Part shown: positions 12,986 to 24,648 of the stretch, piece by piece | Numbering within the stretch: the stretch's first letter is position 1 | Layout: the number at the start of each line of letters is the position of its first letter | Source: Squalus acanthias | Taxonomy: Eukaryota | Assembly: GCA_030390025.1 (NCBI GenBank) | Contig: CM059433.1 | Span: 18,416,001-18,480,000, forward strand | Length of the DNA stretch: 64,000 nucleotides | Direction of reading: 5' to 3' | Position numbers and translations under genes: made by a program | The notes under the pieces: model-generated | What the model saw: only the letters and a program-made list of their open reading frames with translations | What the model was told of the DNA's origin: nothing | The model's database searches: none

Positions 12986-13148
12986 GGGGTAGATCGTGGC
13001 ACTGTGCGATAGTGTAAAACGGGGATAGTGAGTCGGCAGCCCGTTTTACATCTCTCCTGATTTTTATTTCCATTGATTTCAATGCAAATACAAGCTGCCG
13101 ATTCACTATCACCCATTTTACACTATCGCACAAAGGCAAGATCTGCCC
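12986..13148. mobile_element. Palindromic MITE / long hairpin
   Basis: tgtgcgatagtgtaaaac.gggatagtgagtcggcagc pairs with gctgccgattcactatcacccattttacactatcgcaca; core ccattgatttcaatg. Confidence 0.75.
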
Positions 13149-13261
13149 ACCGAGTAACGCTGCAGTCAAACATTTCATTAGATGCCCATATTTTTATAGC
13201 ATGAGATGCAATGGACGGGATATATCACTGATGTGAAGCTTCTTTCTCTGTCCTACTGCAG

Positions 13262-13419
13262 CATTTCAGTGTACAAGAGCAATCAAGCTTCAAAGAAAGT
13301 GCGACTGCAGCATTTCTTTGCTCCAGATAAATCAACAGTGATGAGCCTGGGGTACAAGTGTCGCTGCCTGTATGCTGGACTTGTCAATGGAAATATCTCT
13401 ATCTATACGAAGGCAGAAG
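13262..13419 (+). CDS. ARHGEF10: ARHGEF10 internal exon C (SISVYKSNQASKKVRLQHFFAPDKSTVMSL...LYAGLVNG...)
   Basis: Pyrimidine tract plus tgcag| acceptor, |gtgggt donor; 158 nt, phase 2/1. AG+C gives Ser across the B-C junction. Confidence 0.95.
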
Positions 13420-13555
13420 GTGGGTAAACTCCATCTATTTGTTATGAACCGCTCTCCGGTTTTATCTGCCACATTTTCTCGAATCTTTGTTACATAAACG
13501 TAAGCTTCTCTTCCTGTTTCATTTTCCCTCCTCAATAACATGCTTCATAAAACAT

Positions 13556-13703
13556 ATGTGAGAGACATCTCTTCACTTCACCTGACGAAGGAGCAGCGCT
13601 CCGAAAGCTTGTGATTTCAAATAAAACTGTTGGACTATAACCTGGTGTTGTGCGACTTCTCACATATGTCCCACCCCAGTCCAACACCGGCATCTCCACA
13701 TCA
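13556..13703 (+). mobile_element. Short Penelope-like insert (family B) carrying a hammerhead motif
   Basis: 12-nt direct flanks ttcataaaacat (13544-13555 and 13704-13715); near-identical copy at 38070-38190. Confidence 0.75.
13578..13614 (+). ncRNA. Minimal type I hammerhead ribozyme motif
   Basis: tcac-CTGACGA-a-ggagc-agc-gctcc-GAAA-gctt-gtga: helix I tcac/gtga, helix II ggagc/gctcc, palindromic aagctt in place of helix III. Confidence 0.7.
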
Positions 13704-13868
13704 TTCATAAAACATGGAAGTGTGGCAGGACAATGAATACTAGATCTACCCTTTGACCTTTTCATCATTCATCTAGGCTTATTTTTAAAAGACACTGGCG
13801 GAATTAAAATATTCATGTGGGTTTAAATGAAGTAGTTTTTTGACTAACCATAGGATCATAGATCAGAG

Positions 13869-14190
13869 AACTCGCCAAGGGTTCTTCGACAGCACCTCCC
13901 AAACCAGCGACCTCTACCACCTAGAAGGACAAGGGCAGCAGGTGCTTGGGAACACCACCACCTCCAGGTCACGCACCATCCTGATTTGAAAATATGTCGC
14001 TGTTCCTTCATCGTCGCTGGGTCAAAATCCTGGAACTCCCTCCCTAACAGCACTGTGGGAGTACCTTCACCACACGGACTGCAGCGGTTTAAGAAGGTGG
14101 CTCACCGCCACCTTCTCAGGGCAATTAAGGATGGGCCTTAAATGCTGGCCTTGCCAGTGACGCCCACATCCCAGGAACGAATAATAAAAA
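13869..14190 (+). mobile_element. 3' end of a second CR1/L2-group LINE family
   Basis: gggtcaaaatcctggaactccctccctaacagcactgtggg...gcccacatcccaggaacgaataa; same family at 35797, 46617, 50680 and 55435. Confidence 0.8.
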
Positions 14191-14200
14191 AAGAATAGTA

Positions 14201-14560
14201 CAGGAAACTCTCTTTTAACCGGCACCCAAATAACCGGAAATCTCTCTTAACCGGCAAAATTCTTGAGTAGGTAACCGGGGTTTTCCTTCATCTCTCCTTT
14301 AAAAATAACTTTTTAAAAAACCCCAAGGCGTTTGCCTTGTATCGGAGCATGTAGATTGGGAGGGGAATGTGCAGCCCGGGTAGGCAGCGGACACGACAGT
14401 CAGCTGGCGGTCCCCGGGGAGACGGAGCTCCGAATGCAGGCGCATGTCAGTGTGTACGGGGCTCTCGTACGTTGGGAGATATAACTCTCCATTATCTGGA
14501 CTTTTTGATTAACCGGCACCACGCCGGTCCCGTCGGTGCCGGTTAATAAAGAGCTTTCTG
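14201..14560. mobile_element. Tc1/mariner (Tigger-like) MITE inserted in a CR1 tail (14192-14702)
   Basis: TA|CAGGAAACTCTCTTTTAACCGGCACC ... GGTGCCGGTTAATAAAGAGCTTTCTG|TA; the empty site agaatagTAcagca is visible near 3525-3538. Confidence 0.9.
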
Positions 14561-15200
14561 TACAGCACAAAAGGAGGCCATCGAGTCAGCGCCAGCTCTT
14601 TCGAAGAGCAATCCAGTTAGTCCCACTCCCCCGCTCTTTCCCCATATCCCTGCAATTTTTTCTCCTTCAAGTATTTATCCAATTCCCTTTGAAGGCTACT
14701 ATTTAATTCAGCTATATAAACTCTCTGGAGTTCTTTGTTGTTAAATGTCTGTATCTATACTGAATCAAGTAGTGCCCACGGTTGACAGAACTGGCATGTT
14801 TAGTCCTCAGAAATAAAAGAAACTGTATTCCTCCAAGGTTTAAGCTGTACCTACACAGAGCCCCAAAAAGAATATACTTTTTATTTAATAAGCGTTGCTG
14901 ACATTTCACATACTCTAAGTTGACATTGTTGATCATTCACTTGTTTTAAAAGCTGCTGAAAACATTAGCTGAAGTTAGATTTTATTTTATTTTTCAATGT
15001 TAAATCCATATCCATGGCTCAGCCACCTCACAGAGCGATGTGGAAGCGAAAGCTTTTGCTGAAGAAATACATTGGCTCACCATAATGTGCTTTGTTAATG
15101 ATGATTAAAGCAGTTACAGTAAATATTGCATTGCAGATTCATTTGACCAGTTTGGTTACAAACCAGGCAGACTTTTCTTGGCTCTTTCTACTTTATTTTT

Positions 15201-15633
15201 AACATAGAAACATAGAAACATAGAATCTAGGAGCAGGAGTAGGCCATTCGGCCCGTCGAGCCTGCTCCACCATTCAATACGATCATGGCTGATCATCCAA
15301 ATCCAATACCCTGTCCCTGCTTTAATCCCCACAGTACACATATCCCACCCTACCCCCGTAACCCCACGTATTTAATTCCCCCTAACATATCCCATCCTAT
15401 CCCCATAACCCCACATATTTAATCCCCCCCTAACACTAAGGGTCAATTTATCATAGCCAAATCAACCTAACCCGCACATTTTTGGACTGTGGGAGGAAAC
15501 CGGAGCACCCGGAGGAAACCCACGCAGACACGGGGAGAATGTGCAAACTCCACACAGACAGTCACCCGAGGTCAGATTCGAACCCGGGTCCCTGGCGCTG
15601 TGAGGCACCAGTGCTAACCACTATGCCACCGTG
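15201..15633 (-). mobile_element. HE1-like V-SINE, near full length
   Basis: On the - strand: tRNA-like head (gtggcatagtggttagc, ggttcgaatc), V-domain tgtgtggagtttgcacattctccccgtgtctgcgtgggtttcctccgggtgctccggtttcctccc, CR1-type tail and (ctatgttt)n. Internal tandem duplication of about 47 nt at 15337-15435. Confidence 0.88.
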
Positions 15634-16029
15634 AAACAAAATGCTTCAGTGTGATGGGGCCGATTTTTCTCCACTTATGACCCAGTTTCCAGAGCATTAG
15701 GGTGAGGAGACCACGTCGGTACTCCCCCACCTCCTTTCCCCCCGCAATTATGCAGCAGATAGTGGAGACCACTTGGATGCTACTTCGGCCAGCAAGCCAC
15801 AGAATAAAGAACACCTGGAATTTGTACTGCTGTAGGTCCTGAGGCCTAGAGCAGTACATAACTTCTTTTCCCCAGTTGGAGTAAGCACCAATTCCCAGGC
15901 AGCAGTCCCACTCACTCAACATCTTTCAAATAAATGAATCTGGAAATACAGCGGAGTTCAAGTCAGGGCTTGCATTAAACGTAACACCTCTTACACTGGG
16001 GGAAGGGGAGGGGGAAGGAGCGAAACCAC

Positions 16030-16228
16030 AGTATCGTCAAAACATACAGCACATAGAGGCCCATTCAGCCTGTCGTGCCTGTGCTGGCTCATTGGAAGAG
16101 CTGTCCAATTAGTCCCATAGCCCTGCAATTGTTTCCTTCTCAAGTATTTATCCAATTCCCTTTTGAAAGTTACGATTGAATCTGATTCTACCACCCTTGC
16201 AGGCAGTGCAATCCAGATCATCACAACA
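16030..16228 (-). mobile_element. CR1 tail fragment
   Basis: Similar to 3521-3720 and 35334-35550. Confidence 0.75.
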
Positions 16229-17748
16229 GTAATAACCAGGGTCCATTTCCTGGCCACCAATTTCACAAAATCAGGAAAAACCTTCAAAGTAAATTCTGAA
16301 ACTAAGCGACTAACCGCTTCCTTCTAACTTTTTTGAAAAAATTGAGGGCCCATATTAAAGAAATACTCTCAGATAAAGTTTTCCAGAGCCTTATCCCCTA
16401 GTATATATCCTAAAATAGCTTCTCCAGGGGGTGGGGGGGAGGGGAAGGATTTTAAAGTTTTACTTGGTAATGAATGTCCTCTTGATCCTTTATGCTGGTT
16501 TGAAGGTTAGCGACTGAAGCTTGACATTTCAGTATTCGGCTATGCCCTTCTATAACTCCCTCTGTCCCTCCCCACTTGCACTGCTAAATGCTCTGCTGCT
16601 GAGGGGTGAAGCTGCCTAATAATACTAATTAGTCACGAATTATGGGCAGTCTTGTGCTAAGACTGCTAATTACGGAAGACGACATTGAAACTGCCTAAAC
16701 TAATTTTCCTTGCTGCAATCATGGTGAGCAAACTATGGCCCCACGAGGATCGGCTGAACCAGTTAATATGTATGGAAGGAAATTTCCATTCAGCCAAGTG
16801 TCTGCACTTTCAGTTCTATGGTTACTGCTATTTAAGCATGAGTTTCAAAGTCCCAGCCTTTAACAGTAGTGTTATATCACAGTTACTGGTCTCAGTCAGG
16901 CATCAGCGGAGTGTAATGCACAGCTGCCGGAACAGAGTTACACTGCTGGCTGCGTGTTGTACTCTTTTTTTTTTTTTTCCCCCCCATGACAAAGGAGCTC
17001 TGCGCTTGCTAGCTCGTCGGCCAGTCATCTTAATATTAGGGGAGAACAGACAGGGAGCATCAGTTCTTTCTTAACATTAATATTTAAAACCTGAAACGTT
17101 CCCAGGCAATGTGTTGGACCACCTGGGAACTTTTTAAACTTGGCTTCACACCACGCTGGAGTTAAACTATTCCTGGATGTGCTCTTGCGTTTCTTGGCTT
17201 CAGTGCTCTCGAGAGTTGTATTGTCAACCTGACTCCCAAGTTACATGACCATCTTGGCCAAAATCTCTGTGTCAATATGGAAGCAGTGGTGTACTGGTAG
17301 GTTTAATTCTACCAAAGTGCCACGTGATCTCCAATGTAAAGAGAGATAGTTACATCCTTAACTAATGTCTTACTGGCCTCTTTCTGGCCCTGTAATTTTA
17401 TGCTTTTAAACTACTGATCGATGGCAACTGGGAGAAGGACATTCTGTGCAAAATTCCCTCTTTGGTGACAGTGACCTCAAAGTCTGTGCTTCCAACAACT
17501 GTTTATTCTGCTCATTGTTACTTGAAAGGAAATTCTTCACAAAATTTCTGCCCCCAGGCTTCCGTTGTGCAGCAATTTGAAAGCATTACACGTATTAACC
17601 AGAACTGAGACACGCCAAGTTTCTCTATAAAATGTAATAACATTTAGGATTACCACACACAGAGAATCCTGAAAACAACCATGACAAAAGCCTAATCAAG
17701 CACTTGATGAATAATCTAGCTTATTCAGTGACCTCCAAAATAATATCA

Positions 17749-18080
17749 GGGTACAGTAGCATAGTGGTTATGTTACTGGACTAGTAATTCAGAGGCCTGG
17801 ACTAATGATCTGGAGACGTGAGTTCAAATCCTACCACGGCTGGGAAATTTAAATTCAGTTAAATCTGGAATTAAAAAGCTAGTGTCAGTAATGACCATGA
17901 AACTATCGGATTGTTGGAAAAACCCATCTAGTTCACTAATGTCCTTTAGGGAAGGAAATCTGCCGTCCTTACCCGGTCTGGCCTATATGTGACTCCAGAC
18001 CCACAGCAATGTGGTTGATGCTTAACTGCTCTCTGAAATGCTGGGCTTGTCAGCGATGCCCACATCTCGGGAACGAATAT
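17749..18080 (+). mobile_element. tRNA-derived SINE with a LINE-family-2 tail
   Basis: Head tagcatagtgg, B-box-like gagttcaaatcc; homologs at 31379, 42975 and 44640. Confidence 0.8.
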
Positions 18081-18289
18081 TTGCTGGTAGAGTGAATTTG
18101 ATTGTCTGCAGAAAACGATTTGCTAGGACAATTTAATACTGCAGACAGTGGTTTAAAGATACTGTAGTAATTTTAATAATTCACTATTAAGTTTATTGCG
18201 AAATTCCATTTTGCAAGCCTGGACTGGAAGTCTATTAAGCATCTGCTATATTTGATGTTTAATAGATGGGGCGTTTACTGGGTAACTTG

Positions 18290-19705
18290 ACCTGGAGGAA
18301 GCACTCCTGCTCCTTCTGGCCAACAGGCAGTGCTGTAAAGGCACTCACCTCATGGATTCAGCCCCTTCTCGCCTGCTTTCAGCTGCCGAGTTTCCCGAGG
18401 CCTGGGAAACCCTAAATATAGAATGACTGTTAAAATGAAGGTAGGCAGCCTCATTATAATATTTAAATGACCAACCGCCTCCCGCGAGCAGATTGGTCGC
18501 CCGCCCCTCGTCCTGCCTCAATTAAAACCGGAAGTGGGCAGGTTCAGTTCCTGTTTCAGATTTTTTGCATTGTAACCTTTGACATAACTCCCAAAAACGG
18601 GTGGATTGGGGGTCAGTGTGTGTGTTGAAGCAGAGTGTGGGTTATGAATTGGTTAGCCACTGAAAACAGGCGCAGGCATTGCGATTAACCCACGCCCGTT
18701 GAGTGGAATGCAGACAGCATGCCAACTTTGTGCTGCCTGCTCATTATAATGATTTCTGCAATGTTAAGGAGCATGGAGGAGTCCGGCACCAACTGCTCTC
18801 AGGGCTTTGCATAGAGCTTGGAGCTCATATTTTCCAGCATGGAACAGGTGGCCACCTCCATCAACACACTTGTGGAACCAACCGTGATGCAGCGCCTGAT
18901 GGCCAATGTCTCCGCTTCCACTGCAGCACAAACAGCAGCCACCCAACGCCTGAGTGTTGCAGTAGAATCTCAGACTGCTGCCATCATGGCTCTGGATTAC
19001 AGTGTTCAAAGGGGCCTGCAGGGTGTCACAGCAGGCCAGCAATCTGTTCTCCCAACAGATTACTAGGATTGCTGAGGCACCGCCCCGGGACAGTGACAGT
19101 GGCTCCATGGAGCACGAACGGGCTGTCCTCTCTCTCCGGATGACAGCATTCCTGCTCCCACCCCTGCCACTCCACCAGTGCCCTTGCTGTTGCCTGTCAG
19201 CCAGCCAGCCCCGACTGCTGCCACCCCTGCTGAGATGATTCAGTCTGAAGCCGGACCTTCTAGTCCCAGAGCTGCTCGAGGTCATCCTCCAAGGTCATCT
19301 GCAGTCTCCTCCACTGAATGTCAGCAGCCTTCCACCAGCCATGCTGCAGAAATTGGAGTGGCACTTTGTAGAAGCACTAGGACAGGCAAAGGCACACAGA
19401 ACAGGCACTAAGGGAATGCACAAGGGTGATTAGTTTATTTTTGCATGCAATATGGCATGATTTAATTTATAAATCTGGATTGGAATGTGTATTTTGTGGT
19501 GGCTTTTATTTTTTCATTGCGTCCAAGAGGACGATGTGATGGTCAGTGACAGAGGGAAGGTAAGGAGTCTGCGACTGTTGGTGAATGGGGAATTGGGGTT
19601 GAGGTTACTGGTATCACTGTTGAATTAGTTGTTCACGTGCAGAAAGGGCCTCTCGAGGTTGCAGCCTCCCTTCCGCCTCCTCCTCCTCCTCCTCCCGCCC
19701 CCTCC
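18290..19705. mobile_element. Degraded PIF/Harbinger relic: putative Myb/SANT-partner gene C-terminus (+) convergent with transposase C-terminus (-)
   Basis: Frameshifted + strand Ala/Gln/Pro/Ser-rich ORF at about 18770-19411. The - strand at 19605-19695 reads EEEEEAEGRLQPREALSAREQLIQQ*, like a Harbinger transposase end. Confidence 0.55.
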
Positions 19706-21093
19706 TCGTGTCAGTTTGGTTCAGCTTTTGTCCCTGAGGAAGGAGGTTGTGGGTTCAAGCCATGCTCTAGGACTTGAGTACATAATCTGGACAGACACTC
19801 CAGTGCAATACTAAGGTATTGTTGTGTTCGGTAGCGCTCACATTCTGCATTTAACATGGCATCCTGCAAAATGCACATTGAGACTGCCTAGTATTTGCCA
19901 AGGAACAAGAGAAACCTCATTTGACTCATCCAACCAAACACTTGAATTTCAAGCTTCTGAAAGCCGCATTCTGAGAAGAGTAGCTTAACCCCCTGTGGAC
20001 TGTTCCCAGTTCCCTCATATAAAAATTATACTCTTTGTTGTTTTTCCTGTATTCCTTTTGCTTCTGTGAATCATTTTCTATTGTAAGTTAGTTTGGCTAG
20101 TGCTAGTGGTTTTGTGTTGTATGGGGGAGATTTTGCTGGGTCGATGCCCAGGCAATGCAATTAATGGAAGATCAGGTCCACGCTATAAAGAAACATACCC
20201 AGTTTTCCTCTAAGTGGATGGAGAGGAAATCGGGCAGGCTTCTCAACAGTCGTGTGCTCCAGCCTGCCTGCTTATCTGATCTTTGCTGTGCCCAAGGGAT
20301 CCCAAGTGCAGGCCCAGGAAAATTGCCCCTGCAATTGTTTCTGCTTTCTGACACGGTCTACATGTTCTCCTGTAAGCAGTCTACCTTGATGAGGGCTAAC
20401 TGTTTGATCTAACTCAGTGTAGCAGAGAATACAAGACACCGGTTTCAGTTCCTAGGAGACTGGGTCTGCTTACAGGAACAGTAAACGTGCCATTTATACA
20501 TGAAACAGATATTGAATAAAGCCTAAATTGTAACAATCCCATTCGTCTTAAATGCAACTGAAATATCTGGTGGACAGACTACGAGAATACATTTCTAACC
20601 AGCTGAACAGTTACCTCTAGTCACACTTACTGTAAGCATATCTGTATAAACTGAGGATGATGCACACCATCTCAATAATGAGTCCCACACCATTACTTCG
20701 TATACCAGATTTGTTATCCCATTTTGCCTGTGGTTTCATTGTTGCTTGAGCAGAATGGCAGTCGATGGGGTGATGATGTAGCTATTTCTTACTGGGCTGC
20801 AAAATTTCTTTTCGGTTAGTTCCCGTGAATTAGTGTAATCTCAACTGTAGTTCATCTGTGGAACATGCCAGATGGTTGGTTTTTTTTCCAATGCAGCCAC
20901 ATAGAATAGATGTGAGCTGCTAAAAATGCCCTCGCAATAACAGTGTTTTAGTAAATGAGTAATAAGCGGTGTATCACGATTACGCCCCCTTTTTAAAAAA
21001 AAATCAAAACTGTTAAAACTAAGATTAATATTAGCCTCTTTCCGCTTTGCTATATTGACTTTTTTCTTTTCCAAGTATTTTTGTTAACAGTAA

Positions 21094-21635
21094 AGCCCTG
21101 ATTTTAACTTGGGCATTTTCGGGGCAAGCAGGGTGTGGTGCACGAGGGAATCCCCCAAGCACTCCTCGGCGTGAGGCCTGGCCCATTTTAACTCCTGGGC
21201 CTCATTCACATACCTCCGCACTGTCTCCGGCAGGATCGATGTAAGGCTTAACAGGAGCAGGAAATCCAACAGGAGGTTGACGACACCTGGGAACAATCCC
21301 CAGCAAAGTAAGTGAGGAGGGAAAGGTCTAGGCCGATCGTAGCCTGAGCTTGGTGGGAGGGATACCCAGGGGGGGGGGGGGGGGGGGGAGAGAGAAGGCC
21401 CAAAGTTTCCTTCTTGAGCTAGGAGAAGCAGGTTCAGCGCTGTGCGGTCCTGCCAATCCTGGGAGTTAAAATCGTGTTGCAGCGCCAATGACGTCATCAT
21501 GACCGTGCCATTTTAATTAGGCCCCCGTCTGCCTGGGGTGGGCTGCCTCTATGCTGCCATAATTCTGACAGTCAAAATGGCCCCCACCCCGGCACTTTAG
21601 CTACCTGCCTGCCCCATTTGTTAAAATCGGGGGCT
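21094..21635. mobile_element. PIF/Harbinger-type MITE
   Basis: TAA|AGCCCTGATTTTAAC ... GTTAAAATCGGGGGCT|TAA, i.e. TIRs with a TAA TSD. Confidence 0.85.
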
Positions 21636-21944
21636 TAAGTCTCATGACTGGCTCAGAAAGGTTATTCAGCTCAATATTCTGCGCAAAATCAATGCACATT
21701 CTGCGTCATTCTTAAACTTGTGACTACCTAAGCTAATAAAAATTCAGCTCCTTGTCTGTCTTGGCACTCTAGCAAGTCAGAGTCCCAAATATGCCATCTG
21801 CACTCACTGTTCAGACAAAAGTAGTTCGGCACAGGAGGAAGGTGAGCCAGCAGTTATTAATTCTGCTTACTTCTGATGTGAATTCTACATCTAATGGCTT
21901 AGCATTTGGTATCCTTTATTTACAGATAATTTGTTTTCTCTTTT

Positions 21945-22250
21945 GTATTTCTCCTCTCCAATTCTTCTGATGTTCTCCGCTTATCTCTTCTCCCCTGAAG
22001 GCAGTGACTCATCCTGTGTTATGGTTCCATGGATACACATGGCCCTCCATTAACGCACCCACATATGAGACTGCATAATATGTGGTGTTAAGTGGGTTTG
22101 ACTGTTAAGAACCATTATAGCTAATCCTGATTCTGTCTGCACTCAACATCAGCTTGCATGTGCTAATAGTAGGAGTCATTGGATTGGGCTCATGAGTGGG
22201 TGCAACTTCTCCCCAACTTCCAAGCCCTTGGATGCTGACATTGCCAGGCG
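21945..22250 (-). mobile_element. LF-SINE-like relic
   Basis: The reverse complement contains catggaaccataac...atgagtcactgccttcaggggagaagag, like the LF-SINE 3' end. Confidence 0.5.
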
Positions 22251-22533
22251 TAGTCAGGTTTCTGTCGTCCACTTTGCTGTACGCTAGTCCTTATTCTGGT
22301 CCTCATCCCTTGTGTGTTTGTAGGAAAATCTATGGATTATGGAACAGGAACAGTCTGTTTAGATGCGGAGATGTTTTCTTTGAGCGGTGGAACTTGTACT
22401 ATTTTTGTGAACTTTTTTCTTCTCATCTCAAATCTTAGCCCATCCAACCTTATCCAGCATTCTCGACCTTTTGCTTTAGCTGCCAGTCTGATGCTGCCCC
22501 ATGACAACTCCAGTCACCTGTCTGGCACTCCCA

Positions 22534-23293
22534 GGGGGAAAAATTCGGTTGATTAGCTCCCTAAGAGGGCGCTAACTGGGCGCAAAGCAACTAGCGCCCG
22601 GGTGCGACGATGTTTGCGCCGCTCTCGAAATTGACCAGACATTTTGCGGTAGCGCTAAACACTACCGCCACGATCTCCTGCGCCTGCAGATCGTGACGCC
22701 AGTCGAGCATGTAACGTCCCGCACCGGATATTGAGTGGCGCCCCCTGCCTTTCTGCCTGCCGCTAGCAACGACAGGTAGAGGGGAACGTTTTGCAGTCGG
22801 GAAGGGATTGGGGCAGCGCTATTTAAAGGCGGCCGCTTCCTGCCTTTTTTTGTCGCCGACATTTTTGCACCACGCATTCTGAGAGAGAGAGAGAGACTTC
22901 TGGAGAGATTCAACGCTGTGAAGGAGTTTTGGGTACTGAGCAGCACTTTGCAGGTTCATTTTGATTTGACCTTCCTTGCATCGATTTAGAAGAGACTTTG
23001 GGGGCTGCACTCTGAGCTCTTTCCCTGTGCCTCTCCATTGTTCTTTCCAGCAGAATTGATGTACAGGTCTCTCCAGGCCGAGATTCAAGGCTGCAATGAG
23101 CAGGGTGTGGCTGGAGAGCAAGATCAACCCTCCTTTTTAAGAACTGGCCGGCGCCAGTGTGTCTGTGTTCCATTGCTAACTGACATCACCTGAGCTTCAC
23201 CAGCGCTCTGAAGTAGCGCCTCGCTCCTCGGCATTAGCGCCTGATTTAGCGATCCAATCACCTCCAAACGGGGCAACACCAAATTTCTCCCCC
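22534..23293. mobile_element. Non-autonomous Harbinger-type element
   Basis: GGGGGAAAAATTCGG ... CCAAATTTCTCCCCC; flanks CCA/CAA; highly similar inverted copy at 60246-61113. Confidence 0.85.
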
Positions 23294-24347
23294 CAAGTCT
23301 CTGATTTGCACTCTTGTCAGTTTCATCACTTCCTCTGATACAGGTCTTGGTACCATCTGAAAGAGTGTCCTTGGTTCTAAGATGGCAGCAAATGGACCTG
23401 GTTATGAATCTGCCCACTGACATCATGATCTTGTGGGAGAATGTTTGCTCTCATCGGCCCGTCAATCTTTGAAAGGAGACATTTCTTGGCATCTTTCTTG
23501 CATTTGCCGTCGGAGACTGGATCATACACAAACTTCAGATGGAGGGAGCTTGTTTTGGTAAATTATTGGCTGGCAGAAGCAAATTTAGTTCTCAAAACTT
23601 TAGGCATACAGCACCGATCGGCCCATCTTGACCTGCCTCTGTTACAGAGTGGATCTCCTGACTTAGTCCTGACAAATGTATTTGCCACAGTCCCCTTCAC
23701 AGTTTCCAATTGATGGAATTGCTCTTGAAAGGACCATCTGAGAGTAACAAAAGTTCCAGTTTGAGTGGTTTCTTCATTATTAGCATTATCTGCCTTGAAG
23801 TAATTTATCCCCTGGTGCCAGGGGCATACCTGTATTGGCATATTGGGATTCTTCTCCAAGGTCTCTAAGGATCCATATTGCTGGTGTTTTTGTCTGTTGG
23901 AGACAGCATGAGGAAAGTCCCCATTTGTGCTCCAAATTGATTTCGGCATGTAGGTCCTTCGAATCCCACTGCCAATTTCTATGCTGCTTGGGTATGTTCA
24001 TATTTTTATGTAGAGGAGATATATATAAAAGAAGAAGAATGCTTGATTTTCTCCTGTAGATATGTGCCTCCTCAGTCTTTGAAAGAAACCCACTTACAAA
24101 GCATGCTCTATCTACTCACTCAGTTCTCTCCCAGATTCAAAATGGCTTGAAGCTACTGTTTTAATATATTACTTTTTAATGCCCATGCCATTACTTGGAG
24201 TCTCAATTTTGTCTACTTTGGACTGAAAACTAAGGGTAAATCCACACATAAGATCTTAACTGTAGCAGAGTGAGAGACTATCACTGGACTGCAAAGGTTA
24301 TGAATTTTGTAAAATGACAGTGTAGTGCCTCAGATGTTTTTGCCTTG

Positions 24348-24648
24348 AAAGAAAGAAAGACTTGCATTTATATAGCGCCTTTCACGACCACCAGATGTCT
24401 CGAAGCGCTTTGCAGCCAATGAAGTACTTTTTGAAGTGGAGTCACTGTTGTATTGTGGGAAACGCGGCAGCCAATTTGCGCACAGCAAGCTCCCACAAAC
24501 AGCAATGTGATACTGACCAGATAATCTTTTTTTGTTATGTTGGTTGAGGGATAGCTATTGGCCAGGACACGGGGTAACTCCCCTGCTCTTCTTCGAAATA
24601 GTGCCATGGGATCTTTTTATGTCCATCTGAGCGAGCAGACGGGGCCTT
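24348..24648 (-). mobile_element. Deu-domain SINE, 5'-truncated
   Basis: Reverse complement of 44170-44465, including the (ttct)n tail. Confidence 0.85.

Noticed and set aside
22662..23426. Overlapping ORFs with near-identical partners at 60363-60983
   Set aside because: They arise from two copies of a GC-rich MITE and show no recognisable domain.
23300..24000. Cluster of 70-128 aa ORFs, possibly an old retroelement
   Set aside because: I could not identify any convincing RT, RNase H or recombinase motif.
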